Shown piece after piece: positions 1-10,429 of a DNA stretch of 64,000 nucleotides. How positions within the stretch are numbered: the stretch's first letter is position 1; each line of letters begins with the position of its first letter. The notes beneath the pieces were generated by a model, which saw nothing but the letters and a program-made list of their open reading frames with translations, searched no databases and was not told the DNA's origin. The position numbers were made by a program, and so were the translations under genes. The stretch is from Candidatus Poribacteria bacterium (GTDB lineage: Bacteria > Poribacteria > WGA-4E > WGA-3G), in NCBI GenBank assembly GCA_965217715.1, contig OZ244563.1, positions 2,294,165 to 2,358,164 of the forward strand. The letters run 5' to 3'.

Positions 1-90
1 CATTTCTCTTGCGGTAGTTGTGTTGGACACTTTAAAATCTCCGTGTTTTCACCACATAATTATTGATACGCTGCAATAAGATACGCTGCG

Positions 91-117
91 GTAGGCGCGA
101 TTTAAAATCGCGCCTAC
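91..117. repeat. GTAG-family REP-like perfect palindrome
   Basis: gtaggcgcgattt-a-aaatcgcgcctac, just downstream of the E1 alpha stop; preceded by a gatacgctgc direct repeat (65-74, 80-89). Confidence 0.85.
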
Positions 118-135
118 ATTTCTGGGATTTGCTAA

Positions 136-1119
136 TCACGGTTGAATAGCACCAGCATAAACGTCATCCAAAGCATCTTCAGGAAGTGGTTCGGGACTGT
201 TTTTTGCAAATTCCAACGCTTCCTCAAGTTCTTTTGCGAGTTCAGCCTCAAGTGAGTCAAGTTCTTCTTGTGTCACACCTTCTTCTTCAATGAGAACCTG
301 CACAAGTCTTCGGATAGGATCTCGTTGGCGTTCCTGTTCTTGAACCTCTTCGCGGTCGCGATATGATGTTCCCGGATCCCCAATATGATGTCCTCGGAAG
401 CGGTAGGTATCACAATTAAGGAGCGTGGGACCGCCACCTTCACGTGCGCGTTTAACGGCTTCATCTGCTGCAGCGTAAACCTTGAGCACATCGTTTCCAT
501 CAACGGTAACGCCCGGTATATCGTAGGCAGGAGCGCGGACAGCGATATCCTCTACCCGCTGATGCTCACTTTGTGGTGTTCCCATACCGAATCGGTTATT
601 TTCACAAACAAAAACGACAGGGAGTTCCCATACAGCGGCGAGGTTGAGTGTTTCATGGAATACACCTTGATTTGTGGCACCATCACCGAAGAAGGATACA
701 GCGATCTGCTGCGTGCCACGATATTTTGCAGAGAGTGCTGCACCCGCTGCAAGCGGAATCCCAGCACCGACAACACCGTTGGCACCGAGAATGCCGGTCT
801 CTTTATCAGCAATGTGCATTGAACCGCCTTTACCTTTGCAATACCCAGTCGTGCGGGCAAATAATTCTGCCATCATGCGGTCACGTTTGCCACCCTTCGC
901 AATGAGATGTCCGTGACCGCGATGTGTGCTGGTGATGTAATCATCATCTTTCAAGTGTGTGCAGACACCCACTGCTGTGGCTTCTTCACCAATGTATAAG
1001 TGCAAAAAGCCGGGGAGTTGACCACTTTGATAAAGCGTTCCAGCGGCTTCTTCAAATTGGCGAATTTCTACCATTTTGCGATACATGAAAAGCATCTGCT
1101 CTTTGGTCGGTTTTGACAT
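136..1119 (-). CDS. TPP-dependent 2-oxoacid/acetoin dehydrogenase E1 alpha subunit
   Basis: GFLHLYIGEEA, STHRGHGH, GKGGSMH, GDGA..N TPP-binding motif, YRFRGHH. Confidence 0.93.
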   Translation of the reverse strand: MSKPTKEQMLFMYRKMVEIRQFEEAAGTLYQSGQLPGFLHLYIGEEATAVGVCTHLKDDDYITSTHRGHGHLIAKGGKRDRMMAELFARTTGYCKGKGGSMHIADKETGILGANGVVGAGIPLAAGAALSAKYRGTQQIAVSFFGDGATNQGVFHETLNLAAVWELPVVFVCENNRFGMGTPQSEHQRVEDIAVRAPAYDIPGVTVDGNDVLKVYAAADEAVKRAREGGGPTLLNCDTYRFRGHHIGDPGTSYRDREEVQEQERQRDPIRRLVQVLIEEEGVTQEELDSLEAELAKELEEALEFAKNSPEPLPEDALDDVYAGAIQP

Positions 1120-1165
1120 AAATCCTTCCTATAAAAATAATGTTCTTCCAAAATTCGTCAGAAAA

Positions 1166-1909
1166 TTAAAATAAACTTCCATCTAATTTCTGTTCACTAC
1201 TTCCATTCACATCCGACATTGGCGCAATACATTCTGGAGAATCATTTGTCGGACGATTAACGAGCCTTGACACAGGATACGCCTCCATCTCTTCACCCGA
1301 GTAAGAGACGAGAAGTGGTTGCAGCGTCTCTGATGATTGTTCATCAGGGGCGAGCCATTGTGCATAACAGTCTTGTGGCAAAATTACGGGCATCCTGTGG
1401 TGAATTTCCTCCAACATGGGATTGGGTGGACATGTAATAATAGTACAGGATCGGAGCGGTTTTTCCATCCAATTTGCCTGCCATTCCTCCCATAATCCTG
1501 CAAAGGCAAACGGATTCTGCGATTTGAGACGGATGTAGACTGGTTGTTTGAGTTTAGTGCCGAGAACCTCTTGCCATTCGTAGTAACCATCTGTCAAAAT
1601 GAGACATCGTCTACGTTTGTAGGCACTCCGGAAGGAAGGTTTTTCTGTTAGCGTTTCTGAACGCGCATTTATCATCCTGCTGCCGATTTTCGCGTCTTTT
1701 GCCCAAGATGGGATAAGTCCCCAGTGGAAAAATTCGACCTTTTTCGCTTCTCCGCCAGATGCGTCATCATTCTGTGTGTTGGCAATCACAGCCACATCCT
1801 GTGTTGGTGTGATGTTGTACCTTGGAGAAATATTTGTTGGTAATTTATAACCACGAAAAATTTGCCTCAATAGTATAGGGTCGCTTGTGAAAGTAAATCG
1901 TCCACACAT
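1166..1909 (-). CDS. SOS response-associated peptidase (SRAP, YedK/HMCES family)
   Basis: N-terminal MCGRF, YNITP, WGLIPSW, INARSET, GYYEW, HHRMP. Confidence 0.95.
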   Translation of the reverse strand: MCGRFTFTSDPILLRQIFRGYKLPTNISPRYNITPTQDVAVIANTQNDDASGGEAKKVEFFHWGLIPSWAKDAKIGSRMINARSETLTEKPSFRSAYKRRRCLILTDGYYEWQEVLGTKLKQPVYIRLKSQNPFAFAGLWEEWQANWMEKPLRSCTIITCPPNPMLEEIHHRMPVILPQDCYAQWLAPDEQSSETLQPLLVSYSGEEMEAYPVSRLVNRPTNDSPECIAPMSDVNGSSEQKLDGSLF

Positions 1910-2044
1910 TTTTTATCTCCTTTTGTTACAAATGGGTTTTAGAATATCACCTCTATTTGATCAAAGAAAACAGTTAGTACGGAGACCTATCTCTACACTT
2001 TGTGTTATTGTTCAAAGAAGAATGCCTAAATCTAATTTATGGAC

Positions 2045-2875
2045 CTATTTCGATTGTGGTACCAGAATGTCGTCTCTCCATCTTAGACGGAAGGAGGGAC
2101 GGACAAGTGCTTCTGGAGACTGGAGTGTCAAACCTCCATCTGCTGTCAACACAATGCCTGTAACGAAATCCGCTTCATCGGATGCTAAAAAGAGTGCAAC
2201 ATTCGCAATGTCTTCAGGTTTACCATAACGTCCGATCGGATAGCAATCACGCGAGGCCTGTTCTTCAAGCGCATCTGCTGCGAGCGATGCTTCGCCACGT
2301 TCCCCTACAATTTGGCCAGGGGCAATAGCGTTAGCGCGGATACCTTCCCTGCCGTAATCAAGAGCGATGCTGCGCGTCAAAGCGTTTAGCCCACCTTTTC
2401 CTGCACCGTAAAGCCCAAATCCGGGGTTTGTAATCGTGGCATTGACGGTTGAGATAAACACTAAGGTGCCACCTCCATTTTTTATCATCTCAGGGATACA
2501 ATACTTTGCCCCAAGCCACGGACCGCCAAGTGTTACACCAAGACTTTCGTTCCATTCTTCGGGCGTGAATTCTATCGCTTTCTTGGTGTATGAGTGTGCG
2601 GCATTATGGACCAGTGTTGTTATTTTTCCGTAGTTTGTTAATGCTGTTTCAACAAGTGATTGCCACGTCTTTTCATCGGCAACATCACCCATAACAGCAA
2701 CTGCTTCGCCGCCAGCATCTTGAATGCGTTGGACGGTTTCAACAAGTTTTCCTTCTCGGCGGCGCGTGTTGACAACTACTTTTGCGCCTTCGCAAGCAAA
2801 TTTATAAGCGGTTGCCGCCCCGATGCCGCCCCATGCAGCGCCAGCGACAATCGCTACTTTTCCTTCCAATCTCAT
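2045..2875 (-). CDS. SDR family NAD(P)-dependent oxidoreductase
   Basis: GAAWGGIG Rossmann loop, YGAGK (YxxxK), IRANAIAPG; start moved to MRLEGK at 2875. Confidence 0.9.
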   Translation of the reverse strand: MRLEGKVAIVAGAAWGGIGAATAYKFACEGAKVVVNTRRREGKLVETVQRIQDAGGEAVAVMGDVADEKTWQSLVETALTNYGKITTLVHNAAHSYTKKAIEFTPEEWNESLGVTLGGPWLGAKYCIPEMIKNGGGTLVFISTVNATITNPGFGLYGAGKGGLNALTRSIALDYGREGIRANAIAPGQIVGERGEASLAADALEEQASRDCYPIGRYGKPEDIANVALFLASDEADFVTGIVLTADGGLTLQSPEALVRPSFRLRWRDDILVPQSK

Positions 2876-3004
2876 AGTAAATCCTTTCTGTATATATTTT
2901 TGTCCGACGACTAACAACTTACCACGGATCCTGTGAGACATATTTAGGTTCTAATTAATCTTAACATAGTCCTGCTAATCTATGCATCTAATTCCGCCAC
3001 TGTT

Positions 3005-3217
3005 TAGGGTTATTTAGTTTTAAGAATTATCAATTGATGGGTGTTACTCAAGGTTTATATTGTAGGTTGGGTTGAACCGCAGGTGAAACCCAACTTTTCC
3101 AGTATGTAAAAGCGTATCATGTTGGGTTTCGTGCCTCAACCCAACCTACGATAATATTATATATAATTAACGTGTGTGATAAAAAGCGTCAGAAATATAG
3201 AAAACTGAATAACCCTG
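3005..3217. mobile_element. MITE family A, copy 1 (TIR YAGGGTTATTTAGTT), carrying a REP doublet
   Basis: Ends tagggttatttagtttt / aaaactgaataaccctg; flanking direct repeat gccactgtt (2996-3004, 3218-3226); GTAG doublet at 3062-3149. Confidence 0.88.
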
Positions 3218-3247
3218 GCCACTGTTTGATGTGAGTGTTGAGAATTA

Positions 3248-4492
3248 CTATTCATCTTCTGCAGATAACATCATCATCTGCACAGCTACCATGAAATCAT
3301 TACTGGATTCCTTTTGTCTTCCAAGGGCACTATAAGCAAACGATCGACCTAAGTAAGGTTCTACGGAATTCGGTTGCAAGCGAATTGCTTCGTCAAAGTC
3401 AGTGATCGCCTCCTCAAACATCTCATGAATGCACCTCCACAGGCCACGGTTGTGATACGCCTCAGAAGAATTCGGTTGCAAGCGAATTGCTTCGTCAAAG
3501 TCAGCGAACGCTTCCTCACTCAACCCGAGGCTATCCTTAGATATCCCTCGATAATTGTAAGCATTAACGTTCTCTGGCTGCCGTAGAATCACTACATCAA
3601 AATCCTTGATAGCATCTTCAAAATAATTCAGATGATACTTTGCGAAGCCTCGGTCATAGTATGCTGTTATGTTCTCAGGATCCAGACGTATGGCTTCATC
3701 AGCGGATTTTATGGCATTTTCGTATTCCTCAATATCTTCATCCGATTCTTCAAAAAAACCATCAAAAGCATTGGGCATCATAGGATTGATGAAATCTAAA
3801 TCGCCTGGCAACATATCTTCGTCTTCAGGATTCGGCAGAAAGATCATACCTGGGAAATCAGGCAGCTCATCTTCTTCCCCTAACAAGTCCTTTAATATAT
3901 GGAGATTCTCACGGGCATCACTATTAGTAGGGTCTAAACGTATTGCCTTATCGTAGTCGGCAATGGCATCTTCATATTCCTCAAGTTCTTCTTTTAGGCA
4001 CGCTCGATAATAGAATGCATCACTGTTGTTGGGCTGCAGACGAATCGCTTCGTCAAAATTAGCAAGAGCTTCGTTATATAGTTCTAAATCCCCGTTTGCT
4101 AAGCCTCGGACCCAGAAAGCTTCAGCAAAATCTGGCTTTAGATTGATTGCGGTGTCACAATCTGCGATAGAAGCTTCCTCCTCACCGATGAAACTCAGTG
4201 CAAATCCACGCTTAACATAGGCTTCAACGTATTCGGGATTATGGTTGATTGCTTCATCAAAATCTTCAATAGCATCCTCATATTCACCTAAAGCATTCTT
4301 TGATATACCGCGATTGTAGTATGCCTCAACATAGTCTGGTTTAAGACGGATCGCAGCGTTGAAATCCTTAATCGCTCCTTTATGTTCTTGACGATTAGTT
4401 TTGGCAAGCCCTTGCTTGTTGTAAACTTGTGGACTCTTGGTTTTTCCTTGATTAGCACGTCTCTTTCGCTTATTAGCAGGTTTTTTAGCCAT
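3248..4492 (-). CDS. Tetratricopeptide repeat protein
   Basis: Two TPR blocks (AYYNRG...AIEDFDEAI..NP) separated by an acidic Pro/Met-rich linker; basic N-terminus; start MAKKPA. Confidence 0.9.
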   Translation of the reverse strand: MAKKPANKRKRRANQGKTKSPQVYNKQGLAKTNRQEHKGAIKDFNAAIRLKPDYVEAYYNRGISKNALGEYEDAIEDFDEAINHNPEYVEAYVKRGFALSFIGEEEASIADCDTAINLKPDFAEAFWVRGLANGDLELYNEALANFDEAIRLQPNNSDAFYYRACLKEELEEYEDAIADYDKAIRLDPTNSDARENLHILKDLLGEEDELPDFPGMIFLPNPEDEDMLPGDLDFINPMMPNAFDGFFEESDEDIEEYENAIKSADEAIRLDPENITAYYDRGFAKYHLNYFEDAIKDFDVVILRQPENVNAYNYRGISKDSLGLSEEAFADFDEAIRLQPNSSEAYHNRGLWRCIHEMFEEAITDFDEAIRLQPNSVEPYLGRSFAYSALGRQKESSNDFMVAVQMMMLSAEDE

Positions 4493-4546
4493 AATTAGCA
4501 TTCCTTAGTTTCATTATTTAGACAGTCGCACCAAGTTGGATCACTT

Positions 4547-4594
4547 CATTAACTATCATACCATATTCATCATTAACTATCATACCATATTCAT
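4547..4594. repeat. Perfect 24-bp tandem duplication in a divergent promoter region
   Basis: cattaactatcataccatattcat x2. Confidence 0.9.
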
Positions 4595-4641
4595 CGTTTT
4601 TATGCTATAATGTTAAAACTTAATTGAAGGGAGACCTTTGC

Positions 4642-5001
4642 GTGAAATCAGCGATAAAAGAATGGCTTAACAATTGCACCGAAAAACTCAACGCAGGTGA
4701 ACTAACGACGGAAGATTTGTCCGCTGTGCAAGCAGCACTGAATTCTGAAAAACAACTTGTCCTCTACCTTTATTCCAAATCAACCAATCTGCGTTCACCG
4801 ATTGGCTCATGGGCGTTATATGACCCAACAGCACCTGACGATCCAGCGTTGCCATCACAAGATCCGCCTTATGCCTCTGTGCTTGATGCGGTTCGCGACG
4901 GGTGGCGAATTGTGCAATTTCCGCGTCCCGAACTCTACAACTTTTCGGATGTTAAAAACGCTTATCTCAGCTTTGAATTCATTTTAGAAAAAATCGTATA
5001 A
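4642..5001 (+). CDS. Hypothetical protein, probably co-transcribed with the dioxygenase
   Basis: GGGAG RBS before GTG at 4642; 12-bp gap to the next gene. Confidence 0.7.
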   Translation: MKSAIKEWLNNCTEKLNAGELTTEDLSAVQAALNSEKQLVLYLYSKSTNLRSPIGSWALYDPTAPDDPALPSQDPPYASVLDAVRDGWRIVQFPRPELYNFSDVKNAYLSFEFILEKIV

Positions 5002-5013
5002 GGAACAACACAA

Positions 5014-5808
5014 ATGTTTAACGTAGAACCTACACTAAATGATGACCAAGTTATGCAATTTATTCATAACGGTTATATCACGTTAGAAAACATCATTGAT
5101 GCAGATTTTAATCAAAAATGTGAATCAGTTGGTGGAGGAGGCATGGGCAATTTTGTTCAAACCGATGAATTTCGTCAAAATGTCCTGCTTCATCCAGAGG
5201 TTGCGGGCGTGGCGCGTTCCCTGTTAGGTGAAAACTTTATTGTGCCGACGAATGCACACCATCACCTCTTTGAAGCACCACACCGTGGACAAACGTGGCA
5301 TTCAGATGGACTCACCGAATACGGATATGGTATCACACATCTCCAGTGCTACTACTATCCGAAAGAGGTAAAAATTGAGGATGGTCCTACGATGATTTTG
5401 CCAGGGTCACACTTCCGACTCGTTGACAGAGAAGCAATTGCGCACTACGGTGATATTTTGGGACAACTATCACTCACTGTGCCTGCTGGCACCGTTGCGA
5501 TGACGCGCTACGGTATTTGGCATAAGGCGGGTCCGAAACTCAACGCGGACAGACGCGGTATGATAAAGTTTTCGTATTTCCGTGCCGCGATGCCAAAACG
5601 GGATTGGGTGCGTGAGTCCGATAAAATTCCGCCTTACCAACATAAAGGTAGACATCCTTATGTAACCGAAGTGGAATCCTATCGGGACAGGCAGAGAGGT
5701 CAATTGACATGGAACTGGTTGTGTGGATTAACAGAAGTGGAGGAGACACTCCCACCGGTGAAGATGTTTAATCACGGTATCCCATTGTCAGAGATACATC
5801 TTCAATAG
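5014..5808 (+). CDS. Phytanoyl-CoA dioxygenase (PhyH)-like Fe(II)/2OG dioxygenase
   Basis: WHSD (HxD), GPTMILPGSH, distal WH. Confidence 0.88.
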   Translation: MFNVEPTLNDDQVMQFIHNGYITLENIIDADFNQKCESVGGGGMGNFVQTDEFRQNVLLHPEVAGVARSLLGENFIVPTNAHHHLFEAPHRGQTWHSDGLTEYGYGITHLQCYYYPKEVKIEDGPTMILPGSHFRLVDREAIAHYGDILGQLSLTVPAGTVAMTRYGIWHKAGPKLNADRRGMIKFSYFRAAMPKRDWVRESDKIPPYQHKGRHPYVTEVESYRDRQRGQLTWNWLCGLTEVEETLPPVKMFNHGIPLSEIHLQ

Positions 5809-5850
5809 TTTACGATAATAAGACTTACGCAAAATGGTGTTTGTGTAGGT

Positions 5851-6489
5851 CTAAAACTCCCATTGCAACAATGTCGCACGATTATGCCATACGAGTACCC
5901 CCATCGTGGTGCCTATGGCTGCACCAGATAACACATCCGAAGTGTAATGCCGCCCAAGATAGATGCGCGAAAAGCCTACCAGTCCCGCGCCAATGTATAG
6001 CGGAATCCGCCATTTCGGGTACCGATACCCTAAAATTGTTGCCGCACTAAACGCAATAGTTGCATGCCCAGATGGTAGAGATGGATTCCCAAGAGTTTCA
6101 TCAAGGGGACGCTTCCTACGAGTCAACCTTTTTATGCCGTACGTCATAACCCCCGCCCCTATGTATGCTGAGGATAACAAACGTCCTGTGTCCCGATGAT
6201 CCTCATCTCCGTACGCCATGAGCAGGATTGACAACCCCATGATTGACCGATAATGCCCAAACTCTGAAATCCCCTCCATAACTGTCCACATCGGTTCGCT
6301 ATGCGGAGGCGCGTCATAGAAACGATCAAAGAGCTGCTGATCCCACCGTGCCAAGATATTGTCGGCATTCGCATCTAAACCTATTGTAAAACAGCAGACA
6401 AAGAGGACACAGATCAGCGATGTCTGTTTTAAGCGTAGCGGAATGAATTGTGATGACACAAACCTTGATAGTTGCTGAAGATACTTCAA
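5851..6489 (-). CDS. PAP2 family phosphatase
   Basis: KxxxxRxRP, PSGH and SRxYLGxHYxSD motifs. Confidence 0.92.
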   Translation of the reverse strand: MKYLQQLSRFVSSQFIPLRLKQTSLICVLFVCCFTIGLDANADNILARWDQQLFDRFYDAPPHSEPMWTVMEGISEFGHYRSIMGLSILLMAYGDEDHRDTGRLLSSAYIGAGVMTYGIKRLTRRKRPLDETLGNPSLPSGHATIAFSAATILGYRYPKWRIPLYIGAGLVGFSRIYLGRHYTSDVLSGAAIGTTMGVLVWHNRATLLQWEF

Positions 6490-6530
6490 TTTTAACTTTC
6501 CTCTTTTACATCAGATTTTCTATATCTGAT

Positions 6531-7978
6531 TTACCACGGTGCTTGCCTTTCAGGTAGCGGATCCACTGTCCATGCCATCCGATGGATAAGACGTTCCTGC
6601 ATCTGAAGTTTAACATCCGCGTAATCTGTATGATCCCAGAGATTATGTGTTTCTTGTGGGTCTACCTCTAAATCGTAGAGTTCACCACCACCTGTACCGT
6701 GTGCAACGACTAATTTATATCGTTCACTCCGCACCATCGTAGCATTCGCAGCGGGTTCCCGATGCCATCCCATCGCGTTATAATATTCGCAATAGACATC
6801 ATCACGATGCGAATCCAGGCTTTTTTTGCCTGTCAGCATCGGTAGAAGACTTTGCCCTTGCATCCCAGGATAACGTTCCAGATTACATGCTCCCATGAGT
6901 GTCGGTGCAAGGTCCACCAATTCCACGAGCGCATCTGAACGCGCGCCATTGTTCAACATTCCCGGTCCGGAGATAATCAGCGGTACGCGGATGGCAGGTT
7001 CATAAAAATAAGGTCCCTTCAAGTAAATACCGTGGTCGCCAAGCATCTCCCCGTGATCTGAAGTAAAGATTACAATCGTGTTTTCTCGTTGCCCCGTTTC
7101 CTCTAAAAAGTCAAGCAGCCTTCCAACCTGAGTGTCAATTACATCAATCATCGCCCAATACGCCGCAGTCACCCAACGATGGTCTGATTCGCTCATTTCT
7201 TGATAAGGATACCCTGACTTGCCACCATAAGCACCGCTGTGGTCAATTTGTTGCCAAATCGGTTTATCGTCAAGTTCACCTTCAACATAATTCGGTAACG
7301 GAATATCATCTAATATATCACGGTACCTTTCTAACGCTGCTACTGGCGGATCAAACGCATGGTGTGGGTCAAACATATTCACCGAAAAAAGCCACGGTTG
7401 CTTAAATCGTTCTGCGCCGCTGATAAACGACATCGCCCGCTCAACACTCCATGTCGTTTGACTATGTTCCTCTGATAGAATTACTCGCACGTATTTTGAA
7501 TCAGCAAATGGTGTACTATCTCGGTGCAGTCCTTTGTCCCTGAGCCATTGAATATAATCATGTGTAGGCCAAGCATCAGCCGGATCGTGCGACCAAAAAA
7601 CTGGTCATAGCCATCGTCAATCCGTTGTTCTGTTCCCTTGCAAACACGTGGATTGCACGGTGCAAGATGAAGCTTGCCTGCCAATCCGCATACGTAGCCA
7701 GCATCTTGAAGCAGCTTTGTTACAAGCACTTCATCCGGTGGGATTGCTTGTCCATTTTGCCGACATCGTGTCGTGCGAGGGTATCGTCCAGTGAGGAAAC
7801 TTGCCCTACTCGGTGTGCAAACAGGACTTTGTGAATAAGCGTGTTCAAATAGCACACCGTCTTGAGCAAGTTTGTCTAAATTGGGTGTCTGGACATAAGG
7901 GTTTCCATAGCAACCAAGAGTATCAAATCGTTGTTGGTCGCTACATATCCAGAGTATATTAGGCGGGTGTTCATGCAT
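6531..7978 (-). pseudogene. Sulfatase (CxPxR) split by a 1-bp deletion in a T homopolymer
   Basis: N-half has PNILWICSDQQR and CTPSRAS; C-half has DPHH and TSDHGEMLGDHG; adding one T to the T6 run (7595-7600) gives DQFFWSHDP and fuses the frames. Confidence 0.85.
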
Positions 7979-9601
7979 CTGCTTCTGTCTCTGTTGGTTT
8001 AGATTTTTGGTATCGGAAAAATGTCCATATACCGGAGGCAATGATGATAATCAACAGACAGGCTATGCCGATATTGAGAATATTGCGCCAAGGGTTAAGT
8101 CGCCATAACCTCTGTCCAGCTAATTTCGCAGCAGAACTCCCTTTTTCTGCTTTCAATTTCACCAGTTTCCAATACTTTTTCACGAGCTCCGGTTGTTGGT
8201 ATGCTTCAGCTAACTTTGCTGTGGCGACATAATAATTTGCATCCTGAATCTGGGAACGGTCAATAGCATCGGCGAAGGTCGTAAACAGCAAAACTGTTAA
8301 GTCTTCCGACATCGGTGGAAAATCTGTCGTTGACTCAATTCCGTTTTGGAAAGCGTTAACCGCTTTTTGATGGTCATTTCGGCTAAATTCAAGTTCTGAA
8401 ATCTCAAACCATGTCTTTTTGACTAATTCAATCGGTTGCTCTATTGCAGCATAACCGTCGAACGTGAAGGTTGCTGAACCGTGATAGAGGTCCCCTTGCT
8501 TTGCGTAAAGCGTATAATCCGTTCCTGGGGTTAAAAGTTTTGACGCTTGCCAGTCTTGAAATGAATAAGTTCCATCTTCGCCTATGACTGCGACATATTC
8601 AGTGCCATCAATTGAAACCTGTGCACCAACAACCGAAACATCGGAAGGACCGGTAACAGCGCCAAAAACTGAATCGGTTTGAGTGCCCAAGCAAAATTTA
8701 CTATTTCACCTTGAATTAACTTCAATTCATCGGTTTTAGCCTCTGGACTATTATAACCCGCTTTTCTCACAGAGACAGTATAGTTGCCTTGCTGTAAGTT
8801 GTCCGTGAAAAGATTAGGGGTCAATCCACTTTCTTTTTCGTTTAGTAAAATCTGTGCTCCTTCTGGAAAGGTAGCGACCTTAATGGCAGGACTGAGTTTC
8901 ATTACCGTTTCTTCAACGTCCCCCGTGGGTGCAAAAATTGCCTGTTCAAAAGCACTGTTTGTCTCTAAATACTGATATATTTCAATAATACTGATGTGTC
9001 TGTTATCATCTGTGTCTACTTTTTCTTCAGACAAAGCGTCAATCAGAACCTGAAGAAAGGCATTCTTACCTGTAGTCTCCGGTGATTGGATAACGTTTAG
9101 TGCCGCAGTGCCAAGAGTTTCTCTATTGGCATAATAGGTAGAAAGATTGTCATCGGTTGCGTAACCATCAACGATCACAAGCCTACGATCCGCACCTGTT
9201 CCTTGTAACCATTGATTCAAAACAGAATCTTGGATCGTTTCTTCTGACAGCGTTGAAAGGTGCATTGCGTTCCCGCCACGCGGTTTGGAAACTTCTCCGT
9301 GATAGAGAAAGATAAAGGTTTCTATTTTTCCACGCGCGTGACCGATGTCAGCCAAGGCGATCTGTATTTCATCTTTGGTTGCCTGATCACCTCCAAGGTT
9401 TTGGATATGCTCCTGAGACACCTTTCCCTTTTCTATTAACAGTTTGCCTAAAGTATTAAACAGTGCGCGTGCATCAGCGTCAGGGGTGGTATCAACCATA
9501 AACCAATAGGTCCCTGAATCGACGGGTTCAGCAAAAACTGTTCCAACTCCTATAATATAAAAACAGACTAATATAATTAAGGCAATGTTTTGTGTAGGCA
9601 T
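7971..9601 (-). pseudogene. Secreted/membrane protein (caspase-like N-domain, PEGA-like domain, beta-sandwich, C-terminal TM) split by a frameshift near 8670
   Basis: Signal peptide, FLYHG, PEGAQILLN...G.TP; overlapping ORFs join as ...ALKPI-(x)-VFGAVTG with one base missing. Confidence 0.7.
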
Positions 9602-9799
9602 TTATCTGTACCTATGCAAAGGATTAATATGAAAATTGCTCTATCGCTTACGCGTATTTTGCCAGAAATAGAAGAAAATTGCAAGGAAAATCGGTATCGC
9701 GTAGCTGGTATAAATTGACGTAGGTTTAATTTTGTGATAAACTCGCGCTATTGGTAACGTAGCATCAATGACCGGGTGTTTTATATTTTTAGGATCCGT

Positions 9800-9892
9800 A
9801 CACATTAATCTTAACGCTTATTTATTAGCATGGATTTGTAGGAGGGGTTTCCAACCCCGATGGATTTCACACATTATTCTTAACGCTTATTT
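9800..9892. repeat. GTAG REP flanked by a 24-bp direct repeat
   Basis: acacatta(a/t)tcttaacgcttattt at 9800-9823 and 9869-9892; gtaggaggggtttccaaccccga at 9838-9860. Confidence 0.85.
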
Positions 9893-10039
9893 GTAAACCC
9901 TCTTGCATTAGTTTTAGTTTAAAGTATCCAGAAGTAGAAAGCGGAACTTTTAGTGCCTAAAACATACACATCTAATTAAAATAATTTAGATGATGCTACA
10001 ATGTCCAACAGCCTGAAACTACACAATAGGAGATACATC

Positions 10040-10429
10040 ATGGCAGATATACAAGAACACACACAAGAAGAAGCACAAGAAATTAATCGGCATTATTTAA
10101 AGTTTTTGCGAGAGCAGGTCGCACAGCTTACACAAGAACAACTTGCAGAGGAAATGGACGTTAACGAGCAAATAGTGAAGCACTGGGAGACTGGGCGCAA
10201 ACCACCCAGTCAAAAGCACCTTGTGCTCTTAGAAAGATTTTTCGGAATTCCTACAGGTGCACTGACAATGGATTTTGAAGAATGCATAATTGAAGATTTT
10301 TACACAGGATACTTTGAGCATGCTAAAGCATCCCTGCGTGTTGAATGGGCGACAAAACACCTCATGCTTGGACAATCCCTTAAGGTTATCCCATTACATC
10401 CTAAACATGAGGTTTCCGTGAAACATTAA
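10040..10429 (+). CDS. XRE/Cro-CI family HTH transcriptional regulator
   Basis: LKFLREQ..LTQEQLAEEM...VKHWETGRKPP; AGGAG RBS before ATG 10040. Confidence 0.88.
   Translation: MADIQEHTQEEAQEINRHYLKFLREQVAQLTQEQLAEEMDVNEQIVKHWETGRKPPSQKHLVLLERFFGIPTGALTMDFEECIIEDFYTGYFEHAKASLRVEWATKHLMLGQSLKVIPLHPKHEVSVKH

Noticed and set aside
3368-3505. 37-bp direct repeat at 102-bp spacing
   Set aside because: Explained by adjacent 34-aa TPR units within the CDS.
9800-9892. Mini CRISPR array (24-bp repeats with a 45-bp spacer)
   Set aside because: Only two repeats, the spacer is a REP, and there are no cas genes in the window.
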